Source of the DNA: Alphaproteobacteria bacterium
GTDB taxonomy: Bacteria; Pseudomonadota; Alphaproteobacteria; CAAHEQ01; UBA3637
Length of the DNA: 64,000 bases
Assembly (NCBI GenBank): GCA_017647405.1
Contig: JAGCKR010000019.1
Location: forward strand, 1,913-65,912
Direction of reading: 5' to 3'
Shown: one piece after another, positions 55,807 to 64,000 of the stretch
How positions within the stretch are numbered: position 1 is the stretch's first letter
Layout: each line of letters starts with the position of its first letter
Notes under the pieces: model-generated
Told to the model about the DNA's origin: nothing
Databases searched by the model: none
Seen by the model: the letters and a program-made list of their open reading frames with translations, nothing else
Program-made: the position numbers and the translations under genes

Positions 55807-55863
55807 TTTAATCCTTTTAAATAAATATAGTTGGCCGCCAAAGCTTTACCACTTTGGGGACTT

Positions 55864-56562
55864 TTAAATCCGCTCTTTAATATAGGCGATGACTTGAGCG
55901 TATACATCATCTGCCGTCATATCGGACGTGTCAATGACCAAAGCGTCCTCAGCTGGCTTTAAGGGAGCCGTTTCTCTTTCCTGATCTCGCTTATCTCGTT
56001 GAATAATATCCGATAAAACATCTTCATATATAACACATAATCCTTTTAATTGCAACTCTTTATATCGTCTTTTTGCACGAATTTCACTACTTGCCGTCAA
56101 AAAAAGCTTAATTTTGGCTTCCGGACAGATTACAGTCCCGATATCTCGCCCATCTAAAATAGCTCCTTTTGCCGGTGTTTTATCTTTTTTAATCGGGAAA
56201 AGCGCGAATCGGCGTTGAAAATCAAACAAAGCCTCTCTGACTTTTGGCAACCTTGAAACATAAGAGGCTGCTTTTCCACAAACTTCATTTCTGATACACG
56301 AATCGTCTTGCAACGACAACATCCGCTCAACACTCAAGCTTTTAGCAACTTGAACAGCCGCTTCTTCATCTTGCGGGTCCAATCCATTTTGCAAAAGTTC
56401 ATAACCCACTCCCCGATAAAGAGCACCCGTATCTAAATAAGCATAATCCAATTCTTCTGCCAGTTTTAGAGCCAATGTCCCCTTCCCTGCAGAAGAAGAT
56501 CCATCAATCGCAATGACTTTCAATTTATTTTTTTTCCTTTTTTTTAATTTTTTTATTGACAA
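55864..56562 (-). CDS. cmk: Cytidylate kinase.
   Basis: 232 aa with a P-loop IAIDGSSSAGKGT and the CMP-binding region YLDTGALYR. Confidence 0.9.
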   Translation of the reverse strand: MSIKKLKKRKKNKLKVIAIDGSSSAGKGTLALKLAEELDYAYLDTGALYRGVGYELLQNGLDPQDEEAAVQVAKSLSVERMLSLQDDSCIRNEVCGKAASYVSRLPKVREALFDFQRRFALFPIKKDKTPAKGAILDGRDIGTVICPEAKIKLFLTASSEIRAKRRYKELQLKGLCVIYEDVLSDIIQRDKRDQERETAPLKPAEDALVIDTSDMTADDVYAQVIAYIKERI

Positions 56563-56622
56563 ATTTTAGATTACATGTAAAAGGCACAAATAACAAGTAT
56601 TTTTTATTAATGGAGGATCAAA

Positions 56623-56988
56623 ATGGCTAAACCAGAATGGGGTTTGAAACGTAAATGTCTGAAATGTGGAACTTTTTTCTATGATATGAATAAAAAAAGC
56701 TTTACATGCCCAAAATGCGGTGAATCATATACACTTGATTCATATGCAGAAAACAAAACCAAACAATTATTAAAGCTTGCAAAAAAAGCTGCTCCTAAGA
56801 TCGAAGATGAAACATTAGATGAAGAAGCATTGTTACAAATGACGGAAGATATTCCTTTATCTGATGACGATATGGGTCCAGATGAACTTGAAATTTTAGA
56901 TGATGAAGCCGAACTTGATGATACCGAAAGTTCTGAATTAACAGGATTTGTTGATCAATTCGATGATGAAGAACAAAACGACAAATAA
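56623..56988 (+). CDS. TIGR02300 (FYDLN_acid) zinc-ribbon protein.
   Basis: The N-terminus KPEWGLKRKCLKCGTFFYDMNKKSFTCPKCGESY is the hallmark FYDLN zinc ribbon. The C-terminal tail is acidic. The family is typical of alphaproteobacteria. Confidence 0.75.
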   Translation: MAKPEWGLKRKCLKCGTFFYDMNKKSFTCPKCGESYTLDSYAENKTKQLLKLAKKAAPKIEDETLDEEALLQMTEDIPLSDDDMGPDELEILDDEAELDDTESSELTGFVDQFDDEEQNDK

Positions 56989-57565
56989 CAAAAAATCGCA
57001 CTTTCAATCCCTGAAAGGGCAACTTCTTGTTGCCATGCCAGGGATTGATGATTTGAGATTTAATAAAACAGTTATTTATATTTATGAGCATTCTCTGGAA
57101 TTTGGGGCACACGGTTTAGTTATCAATAAACCGGCTGTAAAAATGTCGTTCAACGATATTTTAACGCAGCTAAAAATTGATAATATAGACACATCAAAAA
57201 CAACTGTTCCCCAAATTTTACTGGGCGGACCTGAACAAATAACGCATGGTTTTATTCTACATTCAGATGACTATTTCAGGCCGGAAACTTGTTTCATTGA
57301 AAACAACATCGCCCTCACATCTACACAAGATATTTTGGAAGATATCGCAGCAGGGAACGGCCCTGAACAATCTTTAATTGCGTTAGGCTGTGCCACCTGG
57401 ATCAGAGGTCAGCTAGAGGATGAAATCATGAGTAATGTATGGTTAACGGTTCCAGCTGATCCCAATCTGCTTTTCAATACACCTTTTTCAAACAGGTGGG
57501 AAAAAGCAATTGAAATTTTAGGTATTAATCATTTTTATCTAACAAATATATCAGGGAAAGCTTAG
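56963..57565 (+). CDS. YqgE/AlgH family protein (UPF0301).
   Basis: The conserved N-terminal core LKGQLLVAMPGIDDLRFNKTVIYIYEH matches the YqgE family. The start is uncertain, with candidate ATGs at 56948, 56963/56966 and 57035. Confidence 0.7.
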   Translation: MMKNKTTNNKKSHFQSLKGQLLVAMPGIDDLRFNKTVIYIYEHSLEFGAHGLVINKPAVKMSFNDILTQLKIDNIDTSKTTVPQILLGGPEQITHGFILHSDDYFRPETCFIENNIALTSTQDILEDIAAGNGPEQSLIALGCATWIRGQLEDEIMSNVWLTVPADPNLLFNTPFSNRWEKAIEILGINHFYLTNISGKA

Positions 57566-57567
57566 TT

Positions 57568-58734
57568 ATGAAAAAATATATATTGTTATGCTCCATACCG
57601 GTCATTAGTTTTGGAGCACTTTTATATTCATATATGGATCACCGCCCTCTTGTTAGTGTTGTTATGCCAACATATAACAGAATTCATCTTTTACCACGTT
57701 CAATCGAATCAATTTTAAACCAAACATATGATAAATTTGAGTTTATTATTGTTGATGATGCCTCAACAGACGGGTCTAATAATCTTTTGGAGTCATATGC
57801 AAAACTAGATCCGAGAATTCGCATCCTAACAAATGAAACAAATAAAGGCATTTCCTATTCAAGAAATAAAGGAACAGATGCGGCAAAAGGCAAGTATGTT
57901 GCCATCATGGACTCTGATGATTTTTCATTACCTACCCGCTTTGAAAAACATGTAGAATATTTGGAAAAACATGATGATGTGATTGCCTTAAATGCATTAT
58001 ATTTAGAAATGGGTAAAGAAAAAAATGGTTTAAATAATTGGGTGCCTCCCCATCGTTTTGAAGTTATTTTTCATTTAAAAAATTACTATACCAATATTGC
58101 ATTTTTTAGAACAGATTTCATCAGAAAACATAAAATTCGCTACGATGAAACACGGTTATCAAGTGAGGATTATGATTTTTGGTCAAAGATCTTTTTAAAA
58201 GGCGGAAAACTCCACATGCTCAATGAGCATTTAATTGATTTAAGACGGCATAGAACAAACTCAAGAGAATATTATGATCAAATTAAAACAAATTCTCGCA
58301 AAACAAGTGATAAACTATTAGCCGCTATGGGCGTTGCGGAACCTGAAAAATTAAAGACAGATTGCGAACGATTGAATGCCATGACAAAAGCAAATCAATT
58401 ATCCCACAGAGTTGATCAATATACGTTAGAATTAATATATAACAGACAGTGCCAGGGTGGGAAAATACCTGCAAATGGATATCAAATTAAACACATTGAT
58501 TTTGTTGATTATTTTGAGCCAACGCAAACGAAACATATTTTCAAACGCATGAGAAACAATGACAAATACACCTTTATGGGTATGCATGGTGATTTATACG
58601 CCTTTAAAAATCCCAAAGGCGAAATCGAACTATACAACAAGCAATTTGAGAAGACTTTGGCTTTAAAAGAAATTCAAAAAAATGAAAACTCTTTTTTGAA
58701 AAACTTATTAGAAAAAATTAAATCTTTTTTTTAA
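57568..58734 (+). CDS. Family 2 glycosyltransferase.
   Basis: 388 aa. The N-terminal GT-A domain has VSVVMPTYNR, FEFIIVDDASTDGS and a DSDD motif (IMDSDDF). Confidence 0.8.
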   Translation: MKKYILLCSIPVISFGALLYSYMDHRPLVSVVMPTYNRIHLLPRSIESILNQTYDKFEFIIVDDASTDGSNNLLESYAKLDPRIRILTNETNKGISYSRNKGTDAAKGKYVAIMDSDDFSLPTRFEKHVEYLEKHDDVIALNALYLEMGKEKNGLNNWVPPHRFEVIFHLKNYYTNIAFFRTDFIRKHKIRYDETRLSSEDYDFWSKIFLKGGKLHMLNEHLIDLRRHRTNSREYYDQIKTNSRKTSDKLLAAMGVAEPEKLKTDCERLNAMTKANQLSHRVDQYTLELIYNRQCQGGKIPANGYQIKHIDFVDYFEPTQTKHIFKRMRNNDKYTFMGMHGDLYAFKNPKGEIELYNKQFEKTLALKEIQKNENSFLKNLLEKIKSFF

Positions 58735-59417
58735 TTTTGATCAACTGATAACAACTGATATGCTTCTCGAATCCTTAAATAGTCTGGATGAGCGTTTTTT
58801 TCAATAATATCGGTAGCATACTCATCTAAAATAACGCACACATCTTTATGCGTTAAAGGTTCGTTATTCTTGTTGTAACCAGTAAAATCGAGAGCCATTT
58901 TATCAAAATTCATTATAATTGCTTTATCAATAACCCGAGAAAACTTGCCATTCAAACGCGCATAAGAAGGTTCCAATCCTATTCCTTTTTTTGATCTCAA
59001 ATAATTATCAAAAAAAGATTGCTGTACCTCAAAAAAAGAGGAAAAAATTTGAGAATACTGAACCAACGCAACACCTTGATCCTGACAATACTTCACATAT
59101 CCATTTTGATGTTTATAAAAAACCATAACCATTGAAACGGCCTTTTGGTCTTTTAAAACTTCTGCCTCTGAATCAATAAACATATTTTGCTCAATACGTG
59201 TTTTAAGCAAAAATAAACAAGGGACAATAACAAGTAAAGCCGCTAGTGATAAAATAAAATAACTTAATCTTTTGCGACGTTTTTTGTCTTCACTCTCAGA
59301 TAAAAAACAATTTCCCTGATCTAAAACAGATTTTTGTCTTCTTTTTGTATATTTGTGTTTATACGTTTTTCTGATTCGTTTCAACATAAAAAAGTCTCCT
59401 TTCTGTCGCTTCTTCAA
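58731..59417 (-). CDS. Hypothetical membrane-anchored protein.
   Basis: 228 aa with a basic N-terminus and a single TM helix (LSYFILSLAALLVIVPCLFLL). Its stop overlaps the GT2 gene stop, as the two genes are convergent. Confidence 0.45.
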   Translation of the reverse strand: MKKRQKGDFFMLKRIRKTYKHKYTKRRQKSVLDQGNCFLSESEDKKRRKRLSYFILSLAALLVIVPCLFLLKTRIEQNMFIDSEAEVLKDQKAVSMVMVFYKHQNGYVKYCQDQGVALVQYSQIFSSFFEVQQSFFDNYLRSKKGIGLEPSYARLNGKFSRVIDKAIIMNFDKMALDFTGYNKNNEPLTHKDVCVILDEYATDIIEKNAHPDYLRIREAYQLLSVDQN

Positions 59418-59483
59418 GCTTTCTTTTTTTTATTGGAGCTATTTTAATTCTTTTTGAATAAAGACGCAACTCATTTTATATTC

Positions 59484-59516
59484 AAAAGAGGGGTAAAATC
59501 CCCTCTTTTTTATTTT
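59484..59516. terminator. Bidirectional rho-independent terminator.
   Basis: AAAAGAGGGGtaaaatCCCCTCTTTTTTATTTTT. Confidence 0.7.
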
Positions 59517-59535
59517 TCGTCATATAATCATATAG

Positions 59536-59955
59536 TTATTTTTTATGTTTTTTTAATTTTATTTTTTCAAGATGCTCCTGTTTCATTTTTTGCAATATTT
59601 CTTTTTGCTCTGGTGTTAAAATAGATTCAAATTCTTCTTTATTTTGCTTTCTGATTTCTTCAGCTTGTTTTCTTAGCTCTCTCATTTTAGCAAAAAGCTC
59701 TTCCATTTGAGGTTTATTTTTTTCTCTTAACTCCTTTGCTTTTTGTTTTTGTTCTTCCGTTAAATTTAACCGTTCAATAAAATTATTTTTATGTTTTTGA
59801 CGAATATGACCTTTCGCATGAGCTTCATTTTCAACTTTTTCAACGGATACAGGCACCGTCTCTTTTTGAGTTTCATCTTCCAAAACGGGCTGAGCTAATA
59901 AAGCTGTTGAGCTTAAAACCATCCCCATAAGCATAATTGATAAATATTTTTTCAT
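59536..59955 (-). CDS. Periplasmic LTXXQ-motif protein (Spy/CpxP-like).
   Basis: 139 aa with a signal peptide. It carries two LTxxQ motifs (LTEEQKQKAKEL and LTPEQKEILQKM). It lies immediately downstream of the ECF sigma factor gene. Confidence 0.7.
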   Translation of the reverse strand: MKKYLSIMLMGMVLSSTALLAQPVLEDETQKETVPVSVEKVENEAHAKGHIRQKHKNNFIERLNLTEEQKQKAKELREKNKPQMEELFAKMRELRKQAEEIRKQNKEEFESILTPEQKEILQKMKQEHLEKIKLKKHKK

Positions 59956-59956
59956 T

Positions 59957-60448
59957 TTATTCTCCTTTCAAATGTGATAATTTTTGACTTAAAATTTCTC
60001 TGGCATTAAACAGTCTTGATTTCACCGTCCCAACTGATATTCCCAATTTCAAAGCTGTTTCTTCATAACTTAACTCTTCAAACTCATAAAGATAAATAAC
60101 ATCTCGCATCTTTATCGGCAAAGAATCCACCGCTTTTAATATGATTTTTTGCCGTTCTTTTTGCAACTGAACATCAAGAGCTGATTTATTTTTATCTTCA
60201 ATCTGAATTGTTTCAAGATCCCCTGTAACAGCACTATTTCTAAAATATGAACTTTTAAACATATCTTTAGCTGTATTTTGAGCAATCATCTTTAACCAAG
60301 CAATCAATTTTCCTTCTTCTTCATAGTGTTCTTTATGTTCAATTGCTTTTAAAAAAACCTCCTGTTCCAAATCCTCATTAACCGAACCGGTTATTCTTTT
60401 TATAACCGAACGAACTTTTAACCGTATTTCATTAAATGAGTTTGTCAT
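59957..60448 (-). CDS. ECF (sigma-70 family group IV) RNA polymerase sigma factor.
   Basis: 163 aa. Region 2 (EQEVFLKAIEH...AWLKMIAQNTAKD) and region 4 (YEETALKLGISVGTVKSRL) are recognisable. Confidence 0.8.
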   Translation of the reverse strand: MTNSFNEIRLKVRSVIKRITGSVNEDLEQEVFLKAIEHKEHYEEEGKLIAWLKMIAQNTAKDMFKSSYFRNSAVTGDLETIQIEDKNKSALDVQLQKERQKIILKAVDSLPIKMRDVIYLYEFEELSYEETALKLGISVGTVKSRLFNAREILSQKLSHLKGE

Positions 60449-60753
60449 GCACTCACCAAAATCAACCCAAATTCATCTACCGGATAAACATCCGTTTCCT
60501 GAACCATTAAATGATATTTTGAATCAAAAACCTCATCATCATATAAACTCATATATAAATCATCCAGTTGATAGATCCCCTTGCTTGAAGAGATATTTTG
60601 AAATCCAAATCCTAATAAAAGAGAACACATCGTTATTCCAACCGCAGTATTTTTTATCATCTGCCGCTGTTTTTTTCTTTTAACATATAATGGTTTTGCT
60701 TCTTTTAATAACGTTGAAATATCTGTCATTTTTTTTGACCTCCTGTTAATCAT
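60445..60753 (-). CDS. Small membrane protein co-transcribed upstream of the ECF sigma gene.
   Basis: 102 aa with one TM helix (TAVGITMCSLLLGFGF). Its stop overlaps the sigma factor start. Confidence 0.45.
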   Translation of the reverse strand: MINRRSKKMTDISTLLKEAKPLYVKRKKQRQMIKNTAVGITMCSLLLGFGFQNISSSKGIYQLDDLYMSLYDDEVFDSKYHLMVQETDVYPVDEFGLILVSA

Positions 60754-60826
60754 AACGATATCCTATAAAAAAAGTTCATTTTTAACAAGATTTTTTATTT
60801 TATTGACCTTTTAACAAAAAAAAGAT

Positions 60827-62158
60827 ATGATACCCCCCATGAAAAAAAAGAAGCTTCAATTTGATTTAACCGGCGTCACTTTAAGCGCAGAACAACATGA
60901 GCTATTTCATCGGATTGAAAACTCAAACGATAATTATATTTTACAAGGTCAAGCCGGCACCGGTAAATCAACTTTTATCAAATATCTTTTTAACCACTCA
61001 AATAAAAAAATAAGAATTGTGTGCCCCACAGCTATTGCAGCCCTTAATATTTCAGGGGTCACCTTGCATTCTCTTTTTCAACTGCCGTTAGGTGACTTTG
61101 TCATTAAAGAACAGGTTGAAATCAAACAAAAAACAATTAAAATCCTTCAAAAAACAGATATGATTATTATCGATGAAATTTCAATGGTTCGCCCTGATAT
61201 TTTGGATACCATCGATTATTTGCTTAAAAAGGCCAGAGGGGATTTTTCATCTTTTGGGGGCGTTCAAATGATATTTGTCGGAGATCTTTGCCAACTTCCC
61301 CCTGTTATTAAAAATACAACTCACCATATTTTTCAACAAAAATACGGCTATTCAAATGCTTTTTTCTTTGATGCTAAAAGCTTTCAAAATACCGGATTTT
61401 GTTTTTATGAATTTAAAAAGGTTTACCGCCAAAGCGATCATCAACTTCTTAATTTTCTGGTTGATATCAGAGAACGAAAAAATCTTTCTTCGGCCTTAAC
61501 CGCATTTAATCAATTAAAATTTAAGGATGAAGAAACTTTTCGAACCGCTGTCACTATCACACCGTATCGTCAAGTTGCCGAACAAATCAATCAAATGAGA
61601 TTAAATCAAATCGCTAGTGAAGAAAAAACATATATTGCCAACGCTAAGGGAACTTTTGAAAAATCACAAGACACCCCTTCCCCCAAAAATTTAACCCTCA
61701 AAAAAGGGGCTTTAGTTCTTTTCAATAAAAATAATCCACCATACTTTATTAACGGGTCAATGGGCGAAATTGTTGACATGCGAGAAGAATATCTTATCGT
61801 TCGACTGATTCAAGAAAATAAAATGATAACCGTTGGCAAGGAAATATGGCAAAGTTTCAGTTATGATTACGATGCAAAAACTGATTCTGTTACAGAAAAA
61901 GAAACCGGTTCTTTTGAACAATTCCCCTTACAGCTTGGATATGCACTCACAATTCACAAAGCACAGGGAAAAACCTTAGATAAGGTTATTATTGACACAA
62001 ATAAAGGTGCTTTTGCTCATGGACAAATGTATGTTGCATTAAGCAGAACCAGAAAATTATCTGATATACATATTTCAACACATATCAGACAACAAGATAT
62101 TATCTTAGATAATCGTGTAACGGATTTTCTTAATAAACTTAATCAATTCTCTTTTTAG
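60827..62158 (+). CDS. PIF1-like (RecD/AAA_30 family) ATP-dependent DNA helicase.
   Basis: 443 aa with Walker A GQAGTGKST, Walker B IIIDEISMV, motif III FVGDLCQLPPV and C-terminal motifs ALTIHKAQGKTLD and ALSRTRKLSDIHI. Confidence 0.75.
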   Translation: MIPPMKKKKLQFDLTGVTLSAEQHELFHRIENSNDNYILQGQAGTGKSTFIKYLFNHSNKKIRIVCPTAIAALNISGVTLHSLFQLPLGDFVIKEQVEIKQKTIKILQKTDMIIIDEISMVRPDILDTIDYLLKKARGDFSSFGGVQMIFVGDLCQLPPVIKNTTHHIFQQKYGYSNAFFFDAKSFQNTGFCFYEFKKVYRQSDHQLLNFLVDIRERKNLSSALTAFNQLKFKDEETFRTAVTITPYRQVAEQINQMRLNQIASEEKTYIANAKGTFEKSQDTPSPKNLTLKKGALVLFNKNNPPYFINGSMGEIVDMREEYLIVRLIQENKMITVGKEIWQSFSYDYDAKTDSVTEKETGSFEQFPLQLGYALTIHKAQGKTLDKVIIDTNKGAFAHGQMYVALSRTRKLSDIHISTHIRQQDIILDNRVTDFLNKLNQFSF

Positions 62159-62170
62159 ATAAGGATCATC

Positions 62171-63043
62171 ATGCACCACCATTCTGTATTTGATGTTTTT
62201 ACTCATGCCAGCCACGAAAGCCTTATGTTGCTGCCTTATTTGTTTGTTACCTATCTTATTTTGGAGTATCTTGAAAAAAGAACACAAAATATAAGTTTGC
62301 TTTTTGCAAAAACACACTCTGTTTTCACTCCGATTCTGGCCGCACTTACGGGTATCTTACCCCAATGCGGTCTCAGCGTCGCCGGTGCTAATTTTTATGC
62401 CACCAGAGTGATTTCAACCGGCGCTCTTGTGTCCTTATTTTTGGCAACCTCTGATGAAATGTTACCTGTTTTAATTTCAAATCAAGTACCAGTTCAAACA
62501 ATTGGCACCATTATCTTTTATAAAACAATTATCGCAGTAATTGCAGGTCTTTTACTAGATAGAATTTTAAAAAAGAAAAATCACGGCGCAAAACCTTCAT
62601 TTAAAATGAACTCTCTTTGCCAAGAAGTTGAATGCGGATGTTGCCACTCAAGTCCGTGGTTGTCCGCCATTAAACATACCTTAAATATTTTTCTGTTTAT
62701 CTATATTATAACAATTGCATTGAACTTTATTTTCCTTTATGTACACTTGAGTGAACTTGAAAATGATATTTTTCAACATCGTTTTTTAGGACCAGTTGTT
62801 GCTTCACTCTTTGGGCTTATACCAAATTGCGCAACATCCGTTATAACGGCGCAACTTTATGCGAATGGAACAATTCCGAATGGAACATTTTTAAGCGCTG
62901 TTTTAGCTAATGCCGGCATTGGGCTTGTTGTATTATTTCATGTCAATCGTCGATTAAAACAAAACTTAAAAATTATTTTATTTTTGTTTATAACAGCTCT
63001 TGTTAGTGGGCTTATCTTTAATATAGCAAATATCAAATTCTGA
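62171..63043 (+). CDS. Integral membrane protein with an internal two-fold repeat, a putative permease of unknown family.
   Basis: 290 aa with about 8 TM helices. The repeated motifs are LPQCGLSVAGANFYA and IPNCATSVITAQLYA. The family assignment is uncertain. Confidence 0.5.
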   Translation: MHHHSVFDVFTHASHESLMLLPYLFVTYLILEYLEKRTQNISLLFAKTHSVFTPILAALTGILPQCGLSVAGANFYATRVISTGALVSLFLATSDEMLPVLISNQVPVQTIGTIIFYKTIIAVIAGLLLDRILKKKNHGAKPSFKMNSLCQEVECGCCHSSPWLSAIKHTLNIFLFIYIITIALNFIFLYVHLSELENDIFQHRFLGPVVASLFGLIPNCATSVITAQLYANGTIPNGTFLSAVLANAGIGLVVLFHVNRRLKQNLKIILFLFITALVSGLIFNIANIKF

Positions 63044-63124
63044 CAATAACAAAACCCTATTACGCTTAACTTATTCTAAAAAAGTATAGATTCAAATTAA
63101 TAATCCTTTAAGGTTTATTAAACC

Positions 63125-63991
63125 CTATGTATTATTATTTTTGCCACTTATCAAAGCCGATGCAATAGCAGAAATACTCTCAGATGAAGAATTATTCGTA
63201 TCTGTATCCAAAACATTACCAACAATTTTTAAAAGCGCCTGCATCCCAATCATCTCCAAAACCGTTCCAACAATCATGTCTCCGGTTGAAGACTCTTTTG
63301 TTGCACTATCCTGCGCTTGGCGACCTTCAGCTTGCGCTGTTTGCGCTCTTGCTAATCGACTGTTAACCCCCTCTTCTTGTCCAACAGAATTAACAACATA
63401 TTCTGCCTGTTGTTGATATAATCGAAATGAATCAGCACTTGCTGGCGTTATTTGCTCCCCATTTGAACCAATTCCATGTGTTCCGGTTGCAACATCTGGA
63501 AAAGAAAGCGCAAAATCTCTAATATCCTGTTCAGAGCAAGAAACACCATAAGCAACCATTGTTGAACGATAAAGGAGTGCCAGTTCATCTCTTGTTAATT
63601 CTGAATCCGTTCCATTTAAGCCACGATATTTCACAATCATTTGTTGCGCCAAAAGAGAAGCAACTGCGCGTGGTTCCGCCATCGGATTTGCCCCATAAGC
63701 AGCCTCAATTTGCATCCCCATTTCAATAGCTCGACCACGAATAGCAGCTCTTTCCTTATTCCCATTTTTCGGTAAAGATGTATTTGTCAACGTATTATAG
63801 ACAGCCTGCATATTTCCTTGATTGAAATCATCATCAATCCGCGTCCAAAATCCTTGATATGTTGTATCCAAAATCAATGCCTGATAACAAGGAAGCAATC
63901 TATCATAATTTGGAAATTGCGTACGACATTTTTCATTGATTTTATACATCATTTCTTCTTTTGCCAAAGAAACGGCTCTCTCTTCCGTCAC
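63125..63991 (-). CDS. Hypothetical protein with atypical (Ala/Arg/Gly-rich, GC-richer) composition; possibly truncated at the window edge.
   Basis: 288 aa as read from the ATG at 63991. The ORF is open to the window end, so the true start may lie beyond it. The C-terminal tail SESISAIASALISGKNNNT resembles the tails of the proteins at 11548 and 12254. Confidence 0.5.
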   Translation of the reverse strand: MTEERAVSLAKEEMMYKINEKCRTQFPNYDRLLPCYQALILDTTYQGFWTRIDDDFNQGNMQAVYNTLTNTSLPKNGNKERAAIRGRAIEMGMQIEAAYGANPMAEPRAVASLLAQQMIVKYRGLNGTDSELTRDELALLYRSTMVAYGVSCSEQDIRDFALSFPDVATGTHGIGSNGEQITPASADSFRLYQQQAEYVVNSVGQEEGVNSRLARAQTAQAEGRQAQDSATKESSTGDMIVGTVLEMIGMQALLKIVGNVLDTDTNNSSSESISAIASALISGKNNNT

Positions 63992-64000
63992 GGTTTTAGA

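Noticed and set aside
55807-55863. Weak hairpin CCAAAG...CTTTGG between cmk and rpsA.
   Set aside because: It lies inside the conserved cmk-rpsA operon on the coding strand, with only a 6-bp stem and no T-tract. It is more likely an mRNA structure or chance than a terminator.
1-64000. CRISPR arrays, rRNA and tRNA genes, IS elements and transposases, and integrases.
   Set aside because: I scanned the intergenic regions and the ORF list and found no regularly spaced direct repeats or cloverleaf-like tRNA candidates. No transposase or integrase-like ORF is present. The atypical island therefore lacks an obvious mobility gene within this window.

Overview
This is a low-GC (about 33-35%), densely coding window. 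It carries alphaproteobacterial hallmarks: a GcrA cell-cycle regulator, a TIGR02300/FYDLN-acid zinc-ribbon protein, and the rpsA-cmk and xseB-ispA arrangements. Two large ankyrin-repeat proteins and two Pmp-like autotransporters point to a host-associated lineage. An obligate intracellular or Rickettsiales/Holosporales-like organism is my inference, not something I can demonstrate.

Housekeeping content includes a TolC/MFP/ABC tripartite efflux operon, xseB, ispA, nth, polA, aspS, rmuC, the LPS-transport genes lptB and lptFG with a fused LptC/LptA-like gene and kdsD, pfk, pflB, rpsA, cmk, a GT2 glycosyltransferase, an ECF sigma module and a PIF1-like helicase. I found no rRNA, tRNA, CRISPR array or transposase.

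The most unusual part is a compositionally atypical segment at 11548-14447. It encodes an unknown protein, a four-EF-hand calcium-binding protein, and a frameshifted tandem paralog of that protein. Together with another GC-richer gene at the window edge (63125-63991), these proteins share a C-terminal motif, which may mark a shared export signal and a candidate effector family.

Next to that segment, a regulator with tandem HTH domains and a possibly inactive S24-like domain sits upstream of a tightly packed four-gene operon (15669-20694). That operon encodes acidic low-complexity, secreted and membrane proteins of unknown function. It is my best candidate for an undescribed system.

Other DNA-level features are a 456-bp tandem duplication inside the giant autotransporter, 57-bp tandem repeats inside an ankyrin gene, a roughly 50-nt motif repeated at two gene 3' ends, and a hairpin-rich 490-bp intergenic region at 51063-51551.
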